Positions 26,035 through 35,849 of a stretch of DNA of 64,000 nt are shown here, piece after piece. The stretch is from positions 52,328,001 through 52,392,000 of the forward strand of contig NC_043010.1 in assembly GCF_006345805.1 (NCBI RefSeq), read 5' to 3'. Origin of the DNA: Octopus sinensis. Lineage: Eukaryota. Within the stretch, counting starts at the first letter, position 1; every line of letters starts with the position of its first letter. The notes under the pieces were generated by a model, which ran no database searches, had not been told where the DNA came from, and saw only the letters and a list, made by a program, of their open reading frames with translations. The position numbers and the translations under genes were made by a program.

Positions 26035-26990
26035 TCGTGAAAATTTGTTAAGCACCCTGCTCTACATAATGCAACCTTGCAGAATGCACATTGGAAAGTT
26101 GTTTCAACAGCCCTTCCACTAGGAGCTTTCCTTGTTTGATGAAGGCATTCACGACACTGCCTTTTGCGACCCTCCATTTTTTTCTAATTTATGGAGATCG
26201 GCTGAATTCAGAAGGATATCCCTCTGGCAGGCATTGCTTTTTCTCCCTACGGTTATTTTTTTTTTTTAGGAATAACCAGCTCTTAGTTGCGTTACTACAT
26301 CTGCTCGGAACTGTAGATGGTCGCATCGCTTCCGAGCCGGTCCTGATTTGGCATATAGTATAAACACATTAGTAATACTCATGTTTACTATATACCAAAC
26401 CAGTTATCGTGACCATTTATTCCCCGGTCTGCCAACTGGATAGTAAGACATCATCTGATTCAGCCGATCTACTCCACCCATCTACTTGTTATAATCAAGG
26501 TTCACAAACGGCGTGCCATTTTCATCCACATGTGGCCGTGCACAGGTAGACAGACAATTGATCGCGGTCGCTAGCAAATTTCCTTTCTGCCGTTGATGGC
26601 AATATCGCGGTGATTAATTCCTTTTAGACTTGGATATGCAGAAGCCATTTCACCTTTTTTTTTATATCCAACGGCAGTCCTTTTCTACTAGCGATCACTG
26701 TAGCACATGTATGTGTTGCCACAGTATCTAAATTCTCTGCAAGTTTGATCGAACTGAAAAATCGGTCAATAAAATAATATACGGCCCTGGTTATGGTATG
26801 GAAGTGATAAATTCCAGACCACATCGTACCCTAGGCCATGCTGACTTACATGATTGTCTCTTTTGCCTGTATAAAATTCGAATCCTGAGCAGCACCCAGT
26901 ATTTGATTCGCAAATCTTCCAAACTTTGATCCCCCATTTTGTGGGCTTTCGGGGCATATACTGTCAGAAACGTACCCGGCCTTTATAGCC
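26035..26990 (-). pseudogene. piggyBac transposase, 3' half including cysteine-rich domain
   Basis: YMPRKPTKWGIKVW, DRFFSS, DYNK.MGGVDRLNQ, and CRECLH...CAFCKVALCRAGCLTNFH. Confidence 0.9.
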
Positions 26991-27120
26991 CACCATCATT
27001 CTATATGCATGTGTAATAAATACATACACGTATAAATTTCTTATTAGAGTACTGAACTCCTTGTTTCATTATTTGACTCCCATACTTTGGGACCATTTTT
27101 GAAAGTCTTTTTGAACTAAG

Positions 27121-27163
27121 GTTAAAGTTCCTCCACAAATTTCACTGTGGTGTGGTTTCTCTC
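27121..27163 (-). pseudogene. Decayed C2H2-like remnant
   Basis: EKPHHSEICGG. Confidence 0.3.
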
Positions 27164-27259
27164 AGGCCGACCTCATATTCACTTTGAATAAGGTTTAAAA
27201 AAGGAAAAAGGTTTTTATTTACAAGCATTTCATTAATCACATTACACAAAATACTTCCA

Positions 27260-27552
27260 CCTTGATTCTGGTTGTTTTTCTTCCCAGATATGAGTGTGAA
27301 AGAATTACTTTGTCTGTTTTTACAGTTCTTGCTGCCATCCTCCAAGCAGTTTCTTCAGTTCTAAGCTATACTACCACAGTGCCGTACCTATTTCCTCCTC
27401 TGTCTTCCTGAGTCAATGAGGGGTGTTATTTGGTTCTTCACGTACTGGTGTACTGCTCAGGTCTCTTATACGTAAATGCTGTGACCTGACGTCATTTAGG
27501 AAGCGCCCTTGCTTCCAGTTCGACGACAGGCTACGCACATTTATGCAGCCCA
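27260..27552 (-). mobile_element. L1/Tx1-like LINE pieces (ORF1 fragment + APE N-terminus), chimeric module copy
   Basis: GTVVV.LRTEETAWRMAARTVKTDKVIL..GRKTTRIKVE and VGCINVRSLSSNWKQGRFLNDVRSQHL. Confidence 0.65.
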
Positions 27553-28040
27553 CACTCAGATGAAAGGTATCAAAATTTTTTTTTTGGCTACTCGCTCTAT
27601 CCCACCGAAAAGCCGGATAGTTTTTGGGAGTCTTCCACAATTATACTTTCTTCTTACAATAACTGTTTCATTAATCTCTACTTCAACTCCTGGTCCACCG
27701 ATTTGGTCCTGGTAATTTTCAGCCCCAATGCTGACAAACCTCCAAGCAGAAGGATCGCCAATCAATCGAGGTCGGATATGAAATGTTTAAATTTTCCATG
27801 ACTAATGCATGCGACCAACAGTCTGTAAGGAAGTAATTTACAAATAACAGGATTTTACAGGGTGGTATCTGACTCCCCTCGAAAAAAAGTGTTGTTGTAT
27901 AGCGATATAGAATATCCACATTGCGTTGGCCTTTGTCTTCGGCGGCGAACAGTCCTTCCACATCAGAAGATGCTTGTATTTTCGTGGAGTGTACATTGTA
28001 AATGGCATCTAGGGCAGTCAACTGTGCAAAATATTTCCAC
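27552..28040 (-). pseudogene. Merlin transposase (lineage B), truncated copy
   Basis: CPRC..., SIDWRSFCLEVC, IGGPGVEVEINETVIVRRKYNCGR. Confidence 0.85.
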
Positions 28041-28250
28041 CTTGATTCTGGTTGTTATTCTTCCCAGATATGAGTGTGGGTGTACTGCTCAGGTCTCTTA
28101 TACGTAAATGCTGTGACCTGACGTCATTTAGGAAGCGCCCTTGCTTCCAGTTCAACGACAGGCTACGCACATTTATGCAGCCTACCTGAATGCGAGACAT
28201 CACCTACCTTAAATGGTCATCTTTGTTTTTTCGGCTGTTCGTGGGATGAA
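28040..28250 (-). mobile_element. LINE APE N-terminus, chimeric module copy
   Basis: IQVGCINVRSLSLNWKQGRFLND (ORF 28018-28203). Confidence 0.65.
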
Positions 28251-28251
28251 A

Positions 28252-29100
28252 TTATCTCGGGCCAGGATAAAGACTTGCTGCTGCCAATAAGAATACGTGT
28301 ATTCTCTTGGCTGTAGGTTTGATGCTTTCTGTAAATAGGAACTTGGCGGGGTATTGCTTTAAGCAACAGGCACGAATCCCTGGGCGAACAACTGATCTCT
28401 TAACTGACCCCCACAATCTCTCTATCGTCTGTGTGTGCACCGATGCGTTTGTGGGATCAACAAAATTTTCATTGTGGTTGATGCGGAAGTGGGTATAGCC
28501 GAGATTTCTAAAAGAGTTATATGCAGCCCAAGAATCGCTATATACTATGGACCCTTGGCGTATATATCTGGTAATTAAGGGGATCAGTGTGGCGGCATCT
28601 CGCCTTTCCTCTTCACCACACTCAGATGAAAGGGGTATCAAAACTTTTTTTTGGGCTACTCGCTCTGCCGCACCGAAAAGCCAGATAGTTTTTGGGAGTC
28701 TTCCACGATTGTACTTTCTTCTTACAATAACCGTCTCATCGATCTCTACTTCAACTCCTGGTCCACCGATTTGGTCCTGGTAATTTTCAACCCAATGCTG
28801 ACAAACCTCCAAGCAGAAGGATCGCCAATCAATCGAGGTCGGATATGAAATGTTTAAATTTTCCATGACTAATGCATGCGACCAACAGTCTATAAGGAAT
28901 TTATAAATAACAGGACTTTACAGGGTGGTATCTGACTCCCCTCGAAAAAAAGTGTTGTTGTATAGCGATATAGAATATCCACATTGCATTGGCCTTTGTC
29001 TTCGACGGCGAACAGTCCTTCCACATCAGAAGATGCTTGTATTTTCTCGGAGTGTACATTGTAAATGGCATCTAGAGCAGTCAACTGTGCAAAATATTTC
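28252..29100 (-). pseudogene. Merlin transposase (lineage B), near-complete
   Basis: VEIDETVIVRRKYNRGR, YSDSWAAY, HTQTIERLW (DDE triad). Frameshifts in the 5' part. Confidence 0.9.
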
Positions 29101-29129
29101 CAATTTGGTTTTTCACATACTGGTAAAGT

Positions 29130-30010
29130 TCATGTCACGTATTTGCAAATGGTTTGACCTAACGTCATTTAGGAAGCGCCCTTGCTTCCAGTTCGACAAC
29201 AGGCCACGCACATTTATGCAGCCAGCCTGAATGCAAGACACCACCTACCTTAAATGGTCGTCTTTGTTTTTTCGGCTGTTCGTGGGATGAAATTTCGATA
29301 TATGTCCTCGAACAACGACTCGTGTAAGTTGTGTCAAGGACCGTAAATGTCAGCTTTATATTTAGAGCGTATAGTTTCCCAGTTTAACTGATCGATTTAG
29401 TAGATTTCCGTATGTTTGAGTAATACCCTGTGTGTTCGAACCCGTTCCGCTGATAGGGTGTTATCAATGTCATGCAATAGACTGTCCTTCTATTTATTGA
29501 TAGCTTTGTATACCATCTCTAGAGTAATTTTTTTCTTTTCCTGGACATTGTGGGGGTGATAGGGTGGAGTCTGGGTGGGGAGGAAATTGTTCAGCACTGA
29601 GGGGTAGGGGTGGTTGTCTAGAGTTGGATGCAGGGGGGGGGGGGCGGTTCTTGTGGTGGGGTGGGGTATTTTTTTTCTTGTTTGTGCTTGGGGTTTTTGT
29701 GCTTCTTTTAGGAGTTTTTCTGTCTCACTGGAGTGAAATCGTTTTCTTCTGTCGGCGTCCTGTTGTTTTTTCCCTACTTTATCCTTTCGCCTTTCAACAC
29801 ATCACCGCTTCCTTCTTCCTTTTTTGCGGGTGGGGCAGTCCACTCAAATGTGGCCCATTTGTAGCACCGGGGTTTTTGCCCCTCTACCACCACTCGCAAA
29901 GTGATCTCTTCACTGAAGTTGATGTTCTCTACAATTTCTTCTAGCATTTCTGGTGCTGCCTGGATGGTAACTTTAAGGCTCTGGCTCTGCTCGGTCGGTC
30001 AACCATTTCT
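29130..30010 (-). mobile_element. L1/Tx1-like LINE: ORF1 3' part (broken zinc knuckle) and start of ORF2 APE
   Basis: LRVVVEGQKPRCYK..GHI.VDCP, ORF1 tail, then CINVRGL..WKQGRFLND. Confidence 0.6.
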
Positions 30011-30019
30011 ATCAATAAT

Positions 30020-30400
30020 GGAGTTATACCACTCTAGAACATCATCAGTATTGATCCATAAATTGAGTGGAATGTGAGGTTTAATCCATGGAATCACTGT
30101 CCAGAATGGTTTTGCTAAGTCTTCCTATATCTGACTTAGTTGGGCATATTAGTCTTACTCCTGTTTTCCGGGAGTCCTTTTTTATGGTCCTTGATGTTAG
30201 TCCTTGGCTCCTGAGGTTTGAGAGGTTCAGTCTTACCTAGTAGATCCAGTTTGGTCATTACTTTTATTTTTCGGTTAATATCCTTCAGGTTTTCTATAGA
30301 TGTGATCTTATATTTTTTTTGTAGTTCCTTCATAATTAGCGATTTGTAATTATTATAGTCTAATCGATACCAATCGCCGGTTTTTTTACATTTAAATAAC
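30020..30400 (-). pseudogene. Penelope-like element, region upstream of the RT core
   Basis: KTGDWYRLDYNNY...IKDHKKG...SDIGRLSKTILD / NLWINTDDVLEWY, resembling the KDHK..SEIGKISK.ILD..QW.NT motifs of Penelope-type ORFs. Confidence 0.6.
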
Positions 30401-30429
30401 AATAGGTTCTCTTGGCCGGGTTAGTGATG

Positions 30430-31040
30430 AAAGGGTTAAGTAGGGACAGTCACTCCCAACTTCCTCACAACATCCTTCCATCTTTTCTTGTATATCCCCT
30501 GTGACAGTTGTCTTCTCTTCAGCCCTATCTTGCTCTTCAGATGGTATCTGAAGAAATTCAGCAAGCCTGTGCCAGAGATATAGGTTCTTGTTTGCAACTC
30601 CTTTCATTCTGGTCCTCCAAGTACACTCTTTCATAACGGTAACTCCCTTTTTCTTTCTCTTTCTCAGGTTTTTTTTTCCCCCCATTTTTTTCGCCTCCTT
30701 GTTAGTTTCCATACTTTTTCTCTTTTGCGGGAGGAACATCTACCTTCTTTGCCATTTTTTACTTTTCCACATTCTGGCATTACATATCCCTTCTCTCCAA
30801 CACTTGAAACACCTCGGTCTTCTTCCTTCTACTGACACACGAGCACTCAGTCCCTCTCAGCTGAATGCGGATTATTTCATCATTCCTCAATGTCTGCGTA
30901 GATATTTGCTTTGTCGTTTCGGCATCTGTGAAATGCACCTCAACTGTAGCACTTCTTACTCTCTTTCCTGTATATACAATTTTGTCCCAAATGGGCGCCA
31001 GACACTTTTCCACGGTTTCATTTTTTGCAGGCATTGGCTG
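30430..31040 (-). pseudogene. LINE ORF1-like fragment with CCHC-knuckle remnant
   Basis: GKRVRSATVEVHFTDAETTKQISTQTLR and RRPRCFKC/GEKGYVMPEC. Confidence 0.55.
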
Positions 31041-31199
31041 AATTTGGCCAGCTTGAACATAAAACGAGTGATGGGGCCAGATGTAGCCTGTTTAAATGCT
31101 AAAGGATTAATTCTCTTACTCACCACCACTTTTTGGACATGACCTTATAGCTTGTATTTAAAGGATTTGAAATTATGTGGATTATATTGAAAATCCATC

Positions 31200-31253
31200 C
31201 CAGACCAAGGAACAAGTTTTTCCACAAATTTCACCGTGGCATGGCTTCTCCTG
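31200..31253 (-). pseudogene. Decayed C2H2-like remnant
   Basis: EKPCHGEICGKTCS. Confidence 0.3.
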
Positions 31254-31289
31254 ATTATTACACACAGTTGCAGGTTGACTTTTCATGGC

Positions 31290-31540
31290 TCTTCTCAAAG
31301 CATGTTACAAAGGCTGTGTAAGGCAGCTTCTTCTTGAGCGGAAGCCATGCTGGGTGTCAGGGAGCAAGTCATTATTTACAAGGAATGCAAGGAGTTTCTT
31401 CCTGACAATGTATTCCATGACTTTGCTGACAGGTGAAGTTAGAGAGACAGGTTTATAATTTTTAACAATTACTCTACTACCTCCATTATAGAAATGACAT
31501 ATGCAGACCTCCCAGTTGCAAGGAAGACTCTGGAAGAGAA
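31290..31540 (-). pseudogene. CR1/Jockey-group LINE reverse transcriptase fragment
   Basis: NYKPVSLTSPVSKVMEYIVRKKLLAFLVNNDLLPDTQHGFRSRRSCLTQ. Confidence 0.85.
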
Positions 31541-31569
31541 TCTAAAGTAGTCTTGTTAGAGCCCCTTTA

Positions 31570-31910
31570 GAAGGATTGCTGGGACCCGTCGGAGCTTGTG
31601 GCTTCACACCATAACCCCACCAGTTGATATCTCTTGACTTTTCTACTTTGAGAATTTCCACCACATCTTTGCAATTGTATATTATGGCTGCTACCAGCCT
31701 TTATACGTTCTTTTCTGGTGGCTCTTTTCCAATCCTTACTCTCGCGGCTCGTCTTCTGCAATAGGTAGGTAAGAGTACCCACCTAGTTGTTTTCAAGACC
31801 ATAGTGGCGTGTCTCATTGCTTCTTCTTCACTTGTAAACCCCACCTCTACAGTAGCGTACTTCCTTCCTCTTGTGTAGAAGGTGGTCCAGTCTTTTATCT
31901 CCTAACATCG
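31570..31910 (-). pseudogene. LINE ORF1-like fragment
   Basis: RGRKYATVEVGFTSEEEAMRHATMVLKTTRWVLLPTYCRRRAARVRIG, homologous to the 30780-31034 and 27260 pieces. Confidence 0.55.
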
Positions 31911-32149
31911 GTTCAGCAGACATGCTTTTGCCTGCAGCTTGCATACCCAACAGTGGGTAGCAACAAAACAATTTTTCGAATGTGCAACAAAGATGTTACA
32001 AATTATACAGACTAGAATATGAAGATAAACGTTTACATTATCCGTTCGATATTACAAATTATATAAAAGAAAGTAAATTAAGAAATAAGAGAAAAAAATT
32101 ATGTGTAACCCTAAAGATATTTTATGTAGTTAAAGAGCTTCATTGATTT

Positions 32150-32480
32150 CCCTGAAATGTTGTTGGAAAGAGACTGATGGTTTATTAGGTGAAGTTTGTC
32201 TGTTGGTTTCCATGTAGTCTTCATGACACCAATCATTAAGTTGCTGAATTGTTTCATCTGTTGTAGTTAATAAGAATTGCCTAGGGGGTTTGCAAAAGTA
32301 ATTAGCTTATGCAGATGGAAATTTTACACGCTGTGCGTTTGGTATCTTATGCTTTTACCCTGTAGCCTTCCAGTATTCCTGGATAGTTTTCTGCCAAGTG
32401 CTGTCATTTGATGGACAACGTTGAGAACTACATTTCCACATTATGTGAAAATGATTGTGTTCCAATATTTGTTTGTGTCC
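32150..32480 (-). pseudogene. Putative parvovirus-like NS1 N-terminal HUH endonuclease fragment
   Basis: ILEHNHFHIMWKCS (HUH-like) and downstream AQRVKFPSA*ANYFCKPPRQF (Y..K-like). No full domain. Confidence 0.45.
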
Positions 32481-32483
32481 ATT

Positions 32484-33640
32484 TGGTTTCCATAAGTAGG
32501 AACTTGGCGAGGTATTGCTTTAAATAACAGGCACGAATCCCTGGGCAAACAACTGATCTCTTAACTGACCCCCACAATCTCTCTATCGTCTGTGTGTGCA
32601 CCGATGCGTTTGTGGGATCAACAAAATTTTCATTGTGGTTGATGCGGAATTTCTAAATTTCCCCTTCAATAGTCTCTCCTTTGGTGAAGTAATCTCCTTC
32701 TTTCTGACAGTAATCTATATTCTGTTTTTCTGATCCTTTTGCCATCTCGACATGTGCTCTCGGAGAAATCCTTTTTTTCATAGCCTTAAGGCTAACTCTA
32801 ACAACAGTGTGAATATATCCCTGAAGATGTATAGTTCCAGTGGTGGATATTTCCTTTCCCACAACCATGTAACGTATATGGTCCAAATTATTAATTCTAT
32901 GTACATCTTCCTCATTGTAGTTGTTCAGTGTGAAACAGAAGCGATGGTATCTTTGTGTGAGGCATTATAGCTAGTAGTCTTCTAATTATATTGAAAGTTG
33001 CATTGAAATGATATTTATATACATTCAGCCTCCCTCCCCCCCCTACCCTGACGCACTTCCAAGAATCACTATATACTATGGACCCTTGGCGTATATATCG
33101 GGTAATTAAGGGGATCAGTGTGGCGGCATCTCGCCTTTCCTCTTCACCACACTCAGATGAAAGAGATATCAAAACTTTTGTTTTGGCTACTCGCTCTACC
33201 GCACCGAAAAGCCAGATAGTTTTTGGGAGTCTTCCACGATTGTACTTTCTTCTTACAATAACCGTCTCATCGATCTCTACTTCAACTCCTGGTCCACCGA
33301 TTTGGTCCTGGTAATTTTCAACCCAATGCTGACAAACCTCCAAGCAGAAGGATCGCCAATCAATTGAGGTTGGATATGAAATGTTTAAATTTTCCATGAC
33401 TAATGCATGCGACCAACAGTCTGTAAGGAAGTAATTTATAAATAACAGGACTTTACAGAGTGGTATCTGACTCCGCTCCAAAAAAAGTGTTGTTGTATAG
33501 CGATATAGAATATCCACATTGCGTTGGCCTTTGTCTTCGACGGCGAACAGTCCTTCTACATCGGAAGATGCTTGTATTTTTTCGGAGTGTACATTGTAAA
33601 TGGCATCTAGGGCAGTCAACTGTGCAAAATATTTCCACCT
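32484..33640 (-). pseudogene. Merlin transposase (lineage B) copy interrupted by a CRESS Rep insert
   Basis: Colinear with 28340-29095 on both sides of 32658-33058. Confidence 0.88.
32658..33058 (-). pseudogene. rep: Endogenous CRESS-DNA virus (circovirus-like) Rep, HUH endonuclease domain plus upstream TATA region
   Basis: One frame reads RFCFTLNNY (motif I, ~32920-32940), TIHLQGY (motif II, ~32820) and HVEMAKGSEKQNIDYCQKEG (motif III, ~32700). ATG at 32965 is one base out of frame. TATATAAA at 33014-33021. Confidence 0.9.
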
Positions 33641-34262
33641 TGATTCTGGTTGTTTTTCTTCCTATATATGAGTGGAAAAGAATTACTTTGTCTGTTTTTA
33701 CAGTTCTTGCTGCCATCCTCCAAGCAGTTCCTTCAGTTCTAAACTACACTACCACAGTGCCGTACCTATTTCCTCATGCGAGAAAAATTATTTCTTCCTG
33801 AGTCAATGAGGGGGTCTTATTTGGTTCTTCACGTACTGGTGTAACGCTCATGTCACGTATTTGCAAATGGTGTGACCTGACGTCATTTAGGAAGCGCCCT
33901 TGCTTCCAGTTCGACGACAGGCCACACACATTTATGCAGCCTACCTGAATGCAAGACACCACCTACCTTAAATGGTCGTCTTTGTTTTTTCGGCTGTTTG
34001 TGGGATGAAATTTCGACATATGTCCTCGAACGACTCATGTAAGATTTGTCGAGGACCGTAAATGTCAGCTTTATATTTAGAGCGTATAGTTTCCAAGTTT
34101 AACTGATCGATTTAGTAGATTTCCGTATGTTTGGGTAATACCCTGTGTGTTCGAACCCGTTCTGCTGATGGGGTGTTATCAATGTCATGCAATAGACTGT
34201 CATTCTATTTATTGATAGCTATGTATACCATCTCTAGAGTCATTTTTTTCTTTTCCTGGACA
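33640..34262 (-). mobile_element. LINE ORF1/APE chimeric module, longest copy
   Basis: Near-identical to 27260-27552 plus 29130-29540. Confidence 0.7.
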
Positions 34263-34270
34263 TATAACTT

Positions 34271-34770
34271 TTATGAGTTCTGTTTAATTTGATCTTGCTT
34301 GAATTTAACTAACACTTCCGTATCAGTTCCCTCGGCTAATTTTTTAAATGTTTGTAATGTTTTGAGGGTGAAGTTTGGCTCTTCAATTAGACCAATTTCT
34401 ACGTTTATCAGATTCTGAAACGGAAAGCTGCTGGTACCTTGAATGGTGCTGACGTGTGTGCTATCATGGATTTGCCGGTGTTTGGTAATCCTCTCAGAAC
34501 TGAAAGGTTTCTTTTGGGTTTTTTCTTTGTTAAAGTTTCCCAAACGTTTTGTACGAATAGCGCTTCGCAAATGTCTTGTGTCATTAAAATACTTTTGAAG
34601 ACTTTCAGTGACATATCTTTGTCCATATATTCATTTTTGTTATTATCAAAAAGTTCCCAGTTCATGCTCTTTAAATGGCACAAGTGTTTTTAATTTTATG
34701 CATTCTAATACTTTTTTCATTGCTGTATCGTACATTGGGTGGCTTATAGCCCTCATAAAGTTTTAGTTGT
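34271..34770 (-). pseudogene. NS1: Endogenous parvovirus-like NS1 fragment (SF3 helicase)
   Basis: NFMRAISHPMYD...NLSVLRGLPNTGKS (Walker A) / IQGTSSFPFQNLINVEIGLIEEP (Walker B) ...FKKLAEG. Internal deletion and frameshifts. Confidence 0.8.
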
Positions 34771-34819
34771 TAAGCCAGTGCGACTTCATTTCTTGCTCAC
34801 TTCGAAATTTTTTACTTAT

Positions 34820-34821
34820 AC

Positions 34822-34863
<42 letters not shown>
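34820..34863. repeat. (TA)n
   Basis: Seen directly. Confidence 0.95.
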
Positions 34864-34867
<4 letters not shown>

Positions 34868-35849
34868 TCAAATAATTAAACCAAGTTAACATTGTTCCAC
34901 TTTTGGATTTGAATGACGGTTCCACATCAACCAGTCACTGAATTCTTCATTGACACGTCAGCATAAAAAAAAATGCTTGTCCCTGATTGGATAAAATTTC
35001 TGCACTATGCACTGCCCTTTTGGCAAGGGAGACAAGCCGGTCGGGAGGGAGGTGAAGGAATTCTAAGAATTTAGCGGAGAGGCGATCGTTCAACAATAAC
35101 AAAGTTTCAATAACTCACAATATCATCACCACCAACTCAGAAAAACCGACACTCAACTCGAAAAGCACACTACCCTGTCAGTCAACCAGTTTTGTATAGA
35201 CATTTCTTTCTCTTTACTTTTGTTGTACTGCACCAGATTTTATTTTTGCTTCTGGTGTCTTCTGCCTTTCTATAAGAACCATTTATCTGGGTATTTACTT
35301 AAAGTAGGGGAAAAATCTTATACAACAGATAGGTTGTCTTAACATGTATTTGTGTACCAGACAGCTGTTGTTTTCTGGTGGGGGCTTCCTTTACCATCAT
35401 TGCCTGTTGCTTGAATAGAAATCTACAGATGCACAAAGTGGAGAAAATGTAACAAATATGGATTAATTGTTCCGAAATAACCTTGAGAAGGAAACTATTC
35501 TAAAAAAAAATAACCCCCAATTGTCTCCCCCCCCCCCCCCCCGAAATTCCTATATGCTCGGAAACTATGTAGTCCAGGGTCTATTTGTAGATAATTTCAT
35601 TAAAAAATATCCATTTTCCTGAAAGTTGAGGTGGACTCGGGTGGATTTTCCGAAACGCCTCCCCCACCACTCCTAAAACAATTTTCTGGGAAAATTTTGT
35701 ATATTTGGAATCTACATGGTATAAGACATATTCATAGAAAATTTCATCATAAAAATGTCGGTTTTTCTGAAAGTTATGACGATCCGCAGTATGCCCTCCC
35801 TAGGTGTTCAAAACGACAGTTACACCGTTGGTACATGAGGCAGTTCACA

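Noticed and set aside
28940-28955. Programmed -1 frameshift at the T7 run shared by Merlin B copies
   Set aside because: Restoring the frame needs a +1 shift, not -1. A shared inactivating insertion is simpler.
32990-33060. CRESS stem-loop origin with nonanucleotide upstream of Rep
   Set aside because: No NANTATTAC-type motif or hairpin is visible before the Merlin junction.
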